From NCBI RefSeq assembly GCF_018977255.1, contig NW_024704742.1, positions 26,040,001 through 26,104,000 of the forward strand: 64,000 nt of DNA. Direction: 5' to 3'. The translations under genes and the position numbers were made by a program. The notes below the pieces were generated by a model. The model was not told where the DNA came from. It searched no databases and was given only the letters and a program-made list of their open reading frames with translations. Below, in pieces: positions 52,350 through 63,902 of the stretch (the stretch's first letter is position 1; every line of letters begins with the position of its first letter). Source of the DNA: Callorhinchus milii (taxonomy: Eukaryota).

Positions 52350-52595
52350 TAACCAGTTTTAATTGGTTAAACCCCAGCAGTACACCTGGGGTCCCTAAGT
52401 CTTGGCTCTTGCAAACCTAATACTTTTCAGGCTTAGGTGAGCAAGGTGCATCCCTCTTGGGAGAGAGTGCCTATTTCATTCCAGGCACAGAAATTTCCAT
52501 GTATATTGTGGAACTCTTAGATAACTTCATTTGGATACTCTTAAGTATGATGATGGGTTTCTGCGTTTGGCACATATCCAGCTGACCAAAAAAAA
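52350..52595 (+). repeat. Unclassified repeat family X, 3' part ending in poly(A)
   Basis: TTGGCTCTTGCAAACC...GGAGAGAGTGC...TTGGATACTCTTAAGTATG...GCTGACCAAAAAAAA. Confidence 0.65.
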
Positions 52596-53621
52596 CTATT
52601 TCCTCATTTATACTTCTATCGTTGATGAAAGACCAATTTTTCTTTGATCTTACTCGGTATCAGAAGATGAGAGGAAAATTAGGATCAACAGGCTATGGAT
52701 GTCTAAAGGAGCCAGCATGAATATGCGACATGTAGAATCACAGAAAAACTGCTTGTGTATCTCAGCCATGAGGTTGTACAACCACTATTATCAAGATTTC
52801 TAATAACAAAGGCTGACATTTCTTCACAAAACCTAAATGCATGTGCATAACAGGAAAAAGCCTGTTAACACTATCTCTATCCTGTATCTTCAAGCACCAG
52901 TGACACCTGGCACCAGCAAAAGCAGGGCCAACTTCAAGAAGTGAAGGGCACTATATAAATGCAAGTTGTTGTGGCAGAAATGCTCCTAGTGCAGACTGCT
53001 TTATATAACTGAAATGAAAGTGAACTCTTGGTGTTTTACCAATGCATTAACGTTCATCTGATATCTTCAGTCGGTAAATGTTCATCTATTCATCTGATGG
53101 TTTGAGGCAGGTGAACTGATATTTGTGCATGAATTTGAGCAACCAGAGACGGACCTCCCTGCTCCCATTGCACAGTAATACGACAAGCAGACAAGATCAG
53201 AGGGAGTTACCCTGCAGCCACTCTTGTTACATCTCCAAGCAATTATTCTCAGAGTGGGAACATCAAAAGTTGGGAGAAAGTTCAAGGCTTCGACAGCTAG
53301 GAATGATGCACAGTACACATTGATGGAGTGTTCACTTTAACACTATGGGTGGAATGAGACACATGATTGATTAGAGGCAAAACGGGGTTGAGATGCAGTG
53401 ACTGTAGCAATATATTTCTGATGGTTTTAAAATACTATATAGAATAAGAGGGTTTAACAAGTGAGCCTATTGACCTGCCTGGTGTCTCACCACCAGATAA
53501 AGTGCTTTGTGACATAAATTGCATTTTCAAAATGTAAACCCCTGTGCTGGCCTTGAGATTTTGAGCATCATAGCTTCAGAAGAGCTTTGTAAAGGTTTCA
53601 GAGTGGTGCAACGTGGATGGT

Positions 53622-54200
53622 TCTTTTTTTTTGGTCAGGTGGGTATCTGAATATGCGGAAACGCATCATGATGTTTAAGAGTATCCAAAACAAACTGGAT
53701 TTTCATACATCCCACTACTCATGGAAATTCCAGAGACTTCTTGAAACGGAAAACATACTCTCTTCCTGGAGGGACGCATAGTGATTACCTAATTCTGGAA
53801 GGTATTAGGTGCAGATTATTAAGAACCAAGGATTGGGGACCTCAAGAGTGTGCGTTGGGGTGATGCTGGAGTCTAACCACTTAAAACTGCATAGCCCGGC
53901 ATCAAGAGTGCTGCCTGGCAAGCTTTCCCTCTGCTTGTTCAGCTGGGACCACCATATCCGTTAGGGCTTTGGCTTACAGGGCTAACAGGAGCTGAGTGGG
54001 AAGAATCCACCAATAATTGGTCTGCCCTTCCAGTCCGGCTGACGTGCCAACCTATCATCAGCGGTGCCCTGGAATACTGCGGACCCACCTGGCTCAGAAA
54101 CCAGACTAAAGAGACTGCCACAGAGGGCTGGCTCGATTCCGACAATCAGTTCCCAAACATGTCACCTTGGAGCCAGTTCAGCTCACCTCCCCCCCATCCC
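53622..54200 (-). repeat. Unclassified repeat family X, longest copy
   Basis: Reverse complement is collinear with 1990-2566; poly(T) at 53625-53632 marks its 3' end. Confidence 0.7.
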
Positions 54201-54819
54201 AAGAAGGATGGTCACGGCCTCCAACATGAGTCAAGATTCTCTGAGCTGAATTTATTTTCTTCTGACTAAAGATTAAAAGGGCATGCGATTAAAGTAATTG
54301 AAGTGCAAGGGAAATGGGATTTATAATAGATGTAAGAACACTATTTGACTTCATAACAGATACAACACATAGCAAATCCAATAAGCCTAAAGTAAGAAAA
54401 GTGATCAGCAGAATTTCCCGCCTTTGTAAAGTAATGAATGAATGTAATAAACTCACAGAAAATAGTTAAGTCTATGTCACTAATACAAAGGGATTTCAAA
54501 ATGAATGAGTACTTCTACCAGGTAAGTCATAATGTACAACTGTACAATACTGCATTACCTTCTGATACATCACAGGTAAAACGCCACAACAAAACTGACT
54601 GAAGATGGTAGTTTGAAAATGTACATGCGAGCAGTTCGGCCCCAGAGATGTTGGTTAATCGTTAGAATTTATTGAACTACAACAGCTCAAGTTACAAAAG
54701 GGTGTTGGAATGATACAGCAACAACTTGAATTTATATAGCGTCCTTCACTCGGGCAGTGCTAATGATGCATAATATTGGGTTCCATAAGTAAGGAGTAGA
54801 CGCTGATTTACAGGCTGAG

Positions 54820-55100
54820 TTCAGACGAGACATTAAACCGAGGTCCGGTCTGCCTGTTCAGGTGGGCGGGCGTTATAGATCCCGTGGCACTATTCAAAGG
54901 GAGTTTCTATCTCCCGGTGTCCTGGCCAACAATCCCCCGAATAAATATTTTTTATTCGTTTCACAGCTGTTTGTGGGATATTTGCTGCGTGCAATTGGGC
55001 TGCCACGTTCGCCTACAAATATACAGACCCTCCATTTCACAGTAAATCCTGTGAAGTGCTTTGAGACATCCTCCTGACGTGAAAGGTGGTATATAATAAT
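54820..55100 (+). mobile_element. Deu-domain SINE (best-preserved Deu core in the window)
   Basis: GAGACATTAAACCGAGGTCCGGTCTGCCTGTTCAGGTGG...GATCCCGTGGCACTATTC...CCCGGTGTCCTGGCCAAC resembles the Deu domain of AmnSINE1/SacSINE1; L2-type tail. Confidence 0.75.
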
Positions 55101-55459
55101 AATACATGCATTTGATCCAGCACCTTATTATGTCTTTGAGATGTCTCAAAGCGCTTCACAGAATATACTGTAAAGTGAATTGACTGTATATTTTGTGGGC
55201 GAAATGCAGAAGCCAATTGTGCACAGCAGTGTCCCACAAACGGTCGTGGATTGAGTGATCAATTTATTATTTTTTTTAAGGAATTATTACCTCCGGAAAA
55301 GTGATCCACCAAATGACTAACAACCAGGTTCCTGCTTATTGCTAGGTAAACAGGGGTGTGTGGAGTAAGGAGACTTGCCCAATGTTTTGCCCTGCCGGGA
55401 ATCAAACCTAGGTTTCTCGCTTGTGAGGTGAGTGCTCTAACACTGAGCTACAGGACTCC
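55093..55459 (-). mobile_element. Young tRNA-head SINE, long variant, full length, tail-to-tail with the DeuSINE
   Basis: Ends GTGCTCTAACACTGAGCTACAGGACTCC. Confidence 0.88.
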
Positions 55460-58135
55460 GCCATATGAATGTAATTTCTTTTTGCTGTTGCTGTTGTTGA
55501 GTGTATTTTAAATGAGAAGTTTTCAGTAAAGCTGAATTAAAATTTTTTTGTTGTTCCTCTGAAAATATCTCTTTAACTATTGTGAGTGTGTTTGGTTTGC
55601 CAATTAGAAAACACCAAATTCTGGATAAACTTTTTTTTCCAAGTAGACTTTAGGTCTTCTCTTGGGTTTTTAAAAGAAAGCACCATCTGGTGAATTGTTA
55701 ATGATAGCCACAGGCAATGTTTTTGCTGAACTTTTAAGATCCTACTTCACCATTCTTTCATAACAAATTAAAGGCAATCCTACATGATTTTATGATTCTA
55801 CAGGTGAATAATATGTAAAAGAGGGTAATACTTGGTGAGAAAATGTTACACCCCAATCTTTCATAACAACCTTAACATTTACTTACAAAATACACAGTCA
55901 CTACACTTTACAGTATACACTTTCAGTGGTCCTCCTGACGTGAAAGAAGTTTAAGGATTATTCTTATTTATCAAATTATTTCACAGGTGAATGAGGTCCA
56001 AGGAATATTCAAAAGAATGATGAGTGAAGGGCAGATACTCACTATAATTCTTGTTCTTTATTCTCCCACTGTACAGCGCACAAGAGCTGATGCTTCTAAT
56101 GAATACATTTCAAAAAAGGAACCAAAAATTTACAAATAACCTTAATTGTTGACTTGTTTAATTTTTGAATTGTACAATTTAGGCGAAATATCAATAATGT
56201 CAAAATTACACCAAATAGGCTAAAAGATGCAAGTTCCAACTAGACCGACCGCAGTCAGACAGGGTCTCCTGAGGGTTACATTAATTCAAAGACATAATGG
56301 GATGTCAGCCCTTTACTTTCTGTAGCTTATTGTCAGCAATGGAGATTTTCCTGTTACCATCTGCACAGTGATAAGACTATTTAAAACAACTTTACTCAAT
56401 TCTTCAAATCCAAGGGGCTTGGTGAAATGTTTTTCAAAACGCGAACAATTTCCGCTATATTCCCTCAACCACAAAAATTCCTTTACGGCTCTTTGTGCAA
56501 TTTTTTGCAGGAAACAGCCTTCTGCTCTGAAAGGTAGTGAATGTGTACAAAATCAAAAACAAATCCAGCAAGGATTATATGAAAGTGAAAGTAAACAGTC
56601 TGAATGCTTCTCTGCGCTTGCACATCACCGGCTGCTTCTAAAAGCAACCCTACAGCAATTTGCAGAGACAAACATGTTTCCAGCAGTCAGCATGCATCAC
56701 CAAACAGCTCCTTGACCTGGACAAGCCCTCGCAGTGAGTCATTAAGATATGAAGCTTAAAATAAAGAAGATGAAAAGTCAGAGTACTGAGAACATTGGAG
56801 ATTAAAATCCATGTAAAATATAAATTTCTACTGCTCCTGTTCCAAAAATTTTTCATTAATAAAATAATTTAACCTCACTGAGTGTGTCAACTTCAATATG
56901 GTATTCACTATCTTTACCAAGATACAACGAGACGTTGGATTTGGGTTCCACTGGCAGGCCCAGCCTTTATTTCCCATCCTCTTCTCTTAACTGAGTGGCT
57001 TGCTAGGGCATTTCAGCATGCATTAAGACAGGGTAGATCTTGTCTGACCAACCTCAGACCTTTCTTGAGGTGGTGACATCCCAAATTCCCAAGTGGGAAG
57101 GCATATACAAAGTATGCCTAAATTATAAATAACTGATTGTTATATTTGATTAGCGCATTTCACACTGGGAGGACATCTCAAAGCACTTTCCAGGATATAC
57201 TGTAAAGTATAGTGATGGTGTATTTTGTAGGTGGTACCAAGACTTCACATCAAAAAAGTAATTGGCTATGTGCACTATTTCAATTTGAAATTAGCTGAAG
57301 GAAAGGAAACAGAGGTGACTTGTTATTTTATAACAGGGCAATTTAATTTACTGCACAGTAGCTGGGACAGCCCTGCCTCATAAAAGTCATCTATGCAGTG
57401 CAAAATCTGAGTGGGAATAGAATTGATTCCTAGTTCATTCAAACTTTTACATCCTATGAATGTGCCAGAGGCACACAAAGCAGCAACTCTGCCAAGCCCC
57501 ACAGACAGAAGGAAGAAGGACCTCAAAGGAATTCCATCGACTTAAAGCTTTTAAAGCCCACGCGTAAAGTCACCCAGGCTTGGACTATATTAATTCACAA
57601 GCCTGCTCCAGGATTACTTTTGTACTTGGCAAACTAAGCAATGAAACTCAGGACAGACAAAATCAAAATAGTTAAAAGCATTCCAAAATAATTCTCTAAT
57701 TGCATCCTCTTGACAGTTCTATTCAGCAGAAGTAACCTCTTGTTGCTCCATAAAAATCTCAGCTCTAATTATTAACACTCTTTCCATTTTATTGAGATGG
57801 GCAGGAGGGGCTCTATTCTACACCATGTGCAAACTCTGTAGAGAAGGAAATACAGGTGCCCTAAAATACATTAATAACCAATGAACAAGATGTATTAATC
57901 ATCAGATTTACAAACATTACTTGGCATTGTTTAATTATAATAATCAAGGGCACCTGCAATTCACTCTGTAAACGTGTGTTTACACATAGCGCATAATAGA
58001 CCAAACAGTAATAATACTTTTTTACACCTGATATAGTGCCTCTCTTGTCGGGAGGAAGTCTCAAAGTGCTTCACAGGATTTTACTCTAAGTGCAGTGAGG
58101 AGGGCAGGAGGGGAAGGTGACTATAGGTGCAGTTA

Positions 58136-59383
58136 TCCGCACGCTATCCTCCTCCACCGCTTGTCCTCCCACCTCAACCTTCAAGGCCCTGTCCCTGAGT
58201 GGTTTAGGTCATACCTCTCCCACCGTCTTCATTTTGTTTCCACAAACGACTTTTCCTCCAGCCCCCGCACTGTCTCGTGCGGTGTCCCTCAGGGCTCTGT
58301 CCTCGGTCCCCTCCTCTTCACCCTCTATATGCTCCCCCTTGGTGACATCATCCGCAGACATGGGGTTAACTTCCACATGTATGCGGATGACACCCAACTC
58401 TACCTTTCCTCCTCTACCCTCAACTCCATGACCATCGATGTCCTGACAGCCTGCCTGTCCGACATCGAGTCCTGGACGAGAGACAACTTTCTTCAGCTCA
58501 ATGTGTGCAAAACTGAGGCCCTCCTGGTTGGCTCGCGTCAGCGCCTCCGCACCTCAGGCGCTGAGAGCATCAGCATCCAAGGCTGCACTCTCCACCTCTC
58601 AAAGCCAATCAGGAACCTCGGGGTTCTGTTCAACCCTGAGCTGTCCTTTCTCCCTCATATCCGCACCACAACTGGCACCGCCTTCCATCACCTCCGGAAC
58701 ATCGCCAGACTACGCCATTACCTCACCCCTCACGCTGCTGAAACTCTGGTTCACGCCTTTGACACCTCAAGGCTGGACTATGGGAACTCTCTCCTCGCCG
58801 GCCTTCCCGGCACCTCCCTCCACAAGCTGCAGGTCATTCAGAACTCTGCAGCTCATGTACTGTCCCGCACCAGACTTCGGGACCACATCACTCCCACCCT
58901 CGCTCGCCTCCACTGGCTCCCCATCCCCCAGAGGATCGAGTTCAAGATCCTCACCCTCACCTACAAGGCCATTCACGGCCTTGCTCCCTCCTATCTCTCC
59001 GACCTACTATTCCCCTACCTACCTGCCCGTACCCTCCGTTCCTCTGGATCCGGTCTGCTCCACATCCCCCGCCCCAACCGCCCTACCATCGGTGGCCGGG
59101 CCTTCAGCCTCTCACCCCCTGGGCTCTGGAACTCTATCCCCCAGTGCCTTCGCCGTCTCCTCCCTTTCTTCCTTTAAGGCCGGTCTCAAGACCTTTCTCT
59201 TTGACCGTGCCTTCAGCTCCCCTCTCGACTCTCTACGCCCTCCTCGCTCCCTCCCTTCCCTCCCCTCCCCTCACCCTGACCATTTCCCCCCTGCTCGGGT
59301 CCTGACCCAACTGTCCAGCGCCTTGGGACGTCCTCCCGACGTGAAAGGCGCTCTATAAATGAAATCTTGTTGTTGCTGTTGTT
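58136..59383 (+). mobile_element. Young L2 LINE, 5'-truncated, about 345 uninterrupted ORF2 codons
   Basis: [66 protein letters not shown]; 3' stem-loop tail and GTT repeats. Confidence 0.95.
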
Positions 59384-60475
59384 ACGAACAGTCTAACAGT
59401 TAGCAGTCCATACAGGATTACAAAAAAAACAGTGCATAGAATTTGATCCTGACTCTCCAGTGTAGTGCTGAGTGCTGCACTATTGGAAATGTTATCCTTC
59501 AGATGATATTTTGAACCAAAGCCCATGTGCCTGTTCTGTTGAATGTTAAAGATTCTATATTCTGCCATCTAACTGATTCTCTAATAATACTCACATAAGC
59601 CATTTGTGGCTTATGCCATCATTGGAATCCCAAAATAAATGGATACATTACTTACGCCCACAGATCCATAATGTTATATGCCTTACCTTTGTCTATTTTT
59701 GTTAGTTTGACTAACCGAAGCAGGAGCATTTAAAGGCTTGTTGTAATGAGGTCAATTGCAAGTAGTCTTTAAATATTCATTTTTCTACACTGGAGTAGTT
59801 TTATAAGTGCTGTTATAGAAATTTCTCCTGCCCACCTTCTTCAGATAATAACATAAAACGTAGCAACATGAAAGTATTGTGAGATCGTTCTGTTTTAAAA
59901 ATAACACCATCTCCCATAATGCAGGCATTGCTAGGAAACAGATGCTAAATGAGTAATGGTGACTGTAAAGACTATTCCATATTTGACCCTCCCCCACATA
60001 ATATTTTACTAGCAATACAGTGGGGGTTGGGAGGAGAAGTGGACGATAGAGGTAGGTTTTTATAGAGTCCAAGTAACTCCCATCCACCCACAAAGGGTCC
60101 ATTTGTCGCATCATGATCCATTGTACTTTGAGTCACTGATTACAATCCGCTGATTTATTGTAACAATATAAAAGCAACATATTCCACAACAAAACATATC
60201 AATACATTTCTTTGTTCTGATGAAAACTCTGCGATAGAACAGGCACAAACTTTGCAAGGAGCAAGGCTCTTCGCTTAAGACGATGCAAGACGCAATCCAT
60301 GAAAAGTCCGAGTATAAAGTACTTAGAACAGCTGCAGCAATGAAGAGTCTTGGAAACAAATTTGCTATGAGAGAATTTGCTGTGAAAACTCTAAAACTCG
60401 TAACAAATGAATGTCCATTAGGAATGGCGGAAGATTCCAATACTGTTTACAGTTCGGCCCTTGATTTATTTTGAC

Positions 60476-62075
60476 TTTCCTTTCCAAGGTCCTGGAAGAG
60501 TTGTTGCTTCCCCGGTTCACTCCTTCCTCTCCCGCCACACCCGTCACAAAACCCTCAATCGGGAATCCATGCCACCCACAGCACAGAAACAGATTTGGTC
60601 GAAGAGACAAACATCATTCTGTCCATCTGCGACCAGGGCTCCATAAGACATAAGACGTAGGAGCAGGAGTAGGCCATTCAGCCCCTCGAGCCTGCCCCAC
60701 CATTTAATAAGATCATTGCTGATCTTCCAACCTAATTTCACTTACCCGGCCTAACCTCATATTCCTTAATCCCTCTATCCTTTAGAAATCTATCAACCTC
60801 AGTCTTGAATATGTTCAAGGACTGAGCATCCACAGCCTTCTGGGGTAGAGAATTCCACAAATTCACTGCCCTCTGAATGAAGAAATGTTTCCTCAACTCA
60901 GTTTGAAAAGGCTGACCCTTAATCTTGAGACTATGACCCCTAGTTTTAGATTCTCCAACCAGGGGAAACAGCCTCACACTATCTACCCTGTCAAGACCCT
61001 TAAGAATCTTATAGGTTTCTATAAGATCACCTCTAGTTCTTCTATATTCTAGAGAATATAGGCCTAGTTTACTCAACCTATCCTCATAGGTCAACTACCT
61101 CATCCCAGGAACCAACCTAGTGAATCTACATTGCACTCCCTCTAAGGCGTGTATGTCCTTTCTTAAATAAGGAGACCAAAACTGCATACAGTATTCTAGA
61201 TGCGGTCTCACCAAGGCCTTATACAATTGCAGCGAGACTTCCCTACTCTTGTACTCTACTCCTTTTGCAATGAACGCCAATGTGGCAGTAGGCTTCCTAG
61301 TTGCTTGCTGTACCTGCATACTAACTTTTTGTGACTGGTGTACAAGGACACCCAAATCCCTCTGAACACTAACACTACCTAGTCTCTCACCCTCTAGAAA
61401 ATAATCCGCTTTTCTATTTTTACTACCTAGGTGAATAACTTCACACTTCCCCACGTTATACTCCATCTGCCTCCTAATCCTTCTTGACCTCTCCACTGCC
61501 TTCGATACCGTTGACCACTCTATTCTCATCTACCGCCTCTCCTCTCAGCTCAACCTTCATGGTTCTGTTCTTGACTGGTTCAGATCATACTTCTCACACC
61601 GTGGGTACTTCATCGCCACAAACGTCTTCTCCTTTAGCCCCTGCACCAGAATATGCAGCATTCCTCAGGGCTCTGTTCTTGGCTCCACCTCTTCAATATC
61701 TATATGCTCCCTCTTAGAGCATATAGATGACACCCAACTCTATCTCTCTGCCTCCACCCTTGACTCCAGGACCACTGCTGTCCTGATAGAATGTCTGTCG
61801 GACTTCAAGTCCTGGATTAGAGCTAACTTTCTTCAGTTGAACATCAATAAGACCGAGGCTCTCCTGATTGACTCCCGTCAGCGCCTCCACACCTCAGGTG
61901 CTGACTGCATCACCATCCATGGTTGCTCACTCCCCTTTGCTAAGCCAATCCAGAACCTTGGCATCTTGTTTGACCCTCAATTATCCTTTCCACCCCACAT
62001 CTGCACCATGACCCGCTCTACCTTCCCCCACCTCCGCAACATCACCCAGCTACGATACTTTCTCACACTGCAGGC
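60476..62075 (+). mobile_element. L2 LINE fragment split by the CR1 insertion (L2 parts 60476-60641 and 61461-62075)
   Basis: FLSKVLE...ICDQGS | ICLLILLDLSTAFDTVDH...DDTQLYLS...NLGILFD continues across the insertion. Confidence 0.85.
60642..61470 (-). mobile_element. CR1 LINE, about 0.83 kb, 5'-truncated, same young family as 30332-32360
   Basis: MEYNVGKCEVIHLG...RPHLEYCMQFWSP...RGDLIETYKILKG...WNSLPQKAV; highly similar to 30345-31165. Confidence 0.95.
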
Positions 62076-62079
62076 CATG

Positions 62080-62360
62080 CTGTGTGGTGCGGTGTGGTGT
62101 GTGGCGTGATATGTCGTGTGGTGTGCGGTGTGTGGTGTGGTGTGCGGTGTGGTGTGCAGTGTATGGTGTGGTGTGTTGTGTGGTGGGGTGTGGTGTGCGG
62201 TGTGTGGTGCGGTGTGTTGTGTGTGGTGTGGTGCAGTGTGTGGTGTGGTGTGGTGCGTGGTGCGGTGTGTGGTGTGGTGTGGCGCGGGGTTACGTTGCAT
62301 GGTGAGGTGCACAGTGTGCAGGTGCGGTGTATGCATGTGCGCAGTGTGTGTGGGGGGATG
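62080..62360 (+). repeat. Degenerate (TGTGG)n/(TG)n simple repeat
   Basis: Almost entirely G/T: GTGTGGTGCGGTGTGGTGT... Confidence 0.9.
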
Positions 62361-62995
62361 GGTAGGTGACTGTAGATGTTGTCAAAAAGGTAGGTTTTAA
62401 GAGTGATTGTTAAAAGAAACATAGAGGGCGAGAGATGGGGGAGCAGAGGGAGAGCATTCTAGAGGTTATTTTGTTTTGCTGAATAAATAATAAATACATG
62501 GAATCCTTAGTGTCACATTCAATATTCTGTACATTGATGTTCTGTATTGATTTCTGGGAGTACTCTAATCTGAACCAAACTTTGTGCGCACAGTTTGAAG
62601 GCTCACTCCCACAGCATTCTTTACAAGTCATGCCTGACAAGAACTCAATGAGCTTCAGTGAAAAGGGAAGGGAAATGCTAATTTAGTACTGTAAAGTGAA
62701 TTTGGCATTTGCCTAAAAATACAGTCACTACACTTCCCAGTGAAATCCTGTGAAGTGCTTTGAGAAGTCTCGACGTTGTGATAAGGAGCTATATCAAATG
62801 CATGGATTATTATTACTATATTAATAGCTAGGTTCTCGCAAACATTTTTTAGCGTGACATGTGATAATAGAACACATGTGTACTTGTATTCCTCACACTG
62901 CATTGTAATTCTCGGGAGTTAAGTACCAAACATATTTAATATTTCCCTCCGATTGGCATCTTTCTAAATAGAACATATTAAGTACCTCAACATAC

Positions 62996-63320
62996 CTCAT
63001 CATCCAAGTTCTGTGTGATCAGCTCGGCTTCTTCTTTCTGTTGCATTTCACAGCTGTAAAGAGCTTCCATTTTCAGTCTGGTCTCCTGGTTGCACTGAGC
63101 TGCTAACATGGCCATCTTTGTATCATGCTCGACCTGTAGTCTGCTGTCCAACTCCTGAAACTGCTCTTTGAAGGCCGTGCTTATCTGTTCCTCCGAGAGG
63201 AGCGAGAGGGCACCATCAAGCTTAAAGTTCCTGAGCAGAAGCGCAGTGGCATCCATGCTCATTTGTTTTCGATGCTGTTCCAGATCCACATCCACCTGCA
63301 CCATATTCAACACCTGTAAA
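62996..63320 (-). CDS. EVC2: EVC2 exon (human exon 10 equivalent, 325 nt); exons 1-9 lie outside the window
   Basis: tttcatttcttgaccag|T...GAG|gtatg. DLEQHRKQMSMDATALLLRNF...FKEQFQELDSRLQVEHDTKMAMLAAQCNQETRLKME versus human DLEACRTQISKDIIALLLKNL...FKKQFLLLENEIQEEYDRKMVALTAECDLETRKKME. Confidence 0.95.
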
Positions 63321-63902
63321 CTGGTCAAGAAATGAAAGGTTGCAAAGTACTGCCTGCAATCCATGCAGTCAATGCTCACCAGAGCCTCTGAACAATTCAT
63401 TAATTCTGTCAATACTGGTATAAGAGGGCAAAAGTAGCAACCCTGCATTCAAGTCTTTACAAAGGCAGAAACATCCAAATAGGGCAGCATACACATCATG
63501 GCTTACATTATCTTTTAATTATTTGCCTCACCGTCTGTTTTTGACCATCGTAACAGAACTGGTTCCTGAATCCTACATGAAACTGAGTTGTGTTGCCAAA
63601 TTCATGCTCATAGATTGCTGAGGTGCTGCAGTGAATGAATGAGCTGCAAGCAATCCTCTGGTGGAAACGNTTTTTTAGTATAGGATTGGGAAATATCAAA
63701 GCATATTTGCTACTGCCACAATGCTGTCTGCTCTGATTTTCACATCCAAGCCCCTGTTTCACCCAGAGTTTGGAAAAACACCAATTCCAAAAAGAGAAGA
63801 GTGGGCCTGACAACTGCTCACCCATCAGACCACATATTATACAGGCTGTGCAACACCAAAACAGGCCATTCAGCCCAACTAGTGCTGTGCCAATATTTAT
63901 TT

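Noticed and set aside
54040-54070. CTGATGA on the minus strand of repeat family X, suggesting a hammerhead
   Set aside because: Other copies have CTAATGA or TTGATAA, and no correctly placed GAAA or stems were found.
56368-56715. 115-aa + strand ORF
   Set aside because: Non-ATG start, no domain, antisense intronic; consistent with chance.
59785-60474. Adjacent ~109-aa minus ORFs and a 63-aa plus ORF in unique-looking sequence
   Set aside because: No recognisable viral, transposase or cellular motifs; cannot be supported without a search.
61977-62422. Several His/Thr/Pro-rich or Val/Cys/Trp-rich ORFs
   Set aside because: Translations of the GT simple repeat.
63311-63320. Alternative acceptor tttacag|GTG at 63313 for exon 10
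   Set aside because: Would change the exon phase by 7 nt. The 63320 site has the better pyrimidine tract and gives the 325-nt size recalled for human exon 10.
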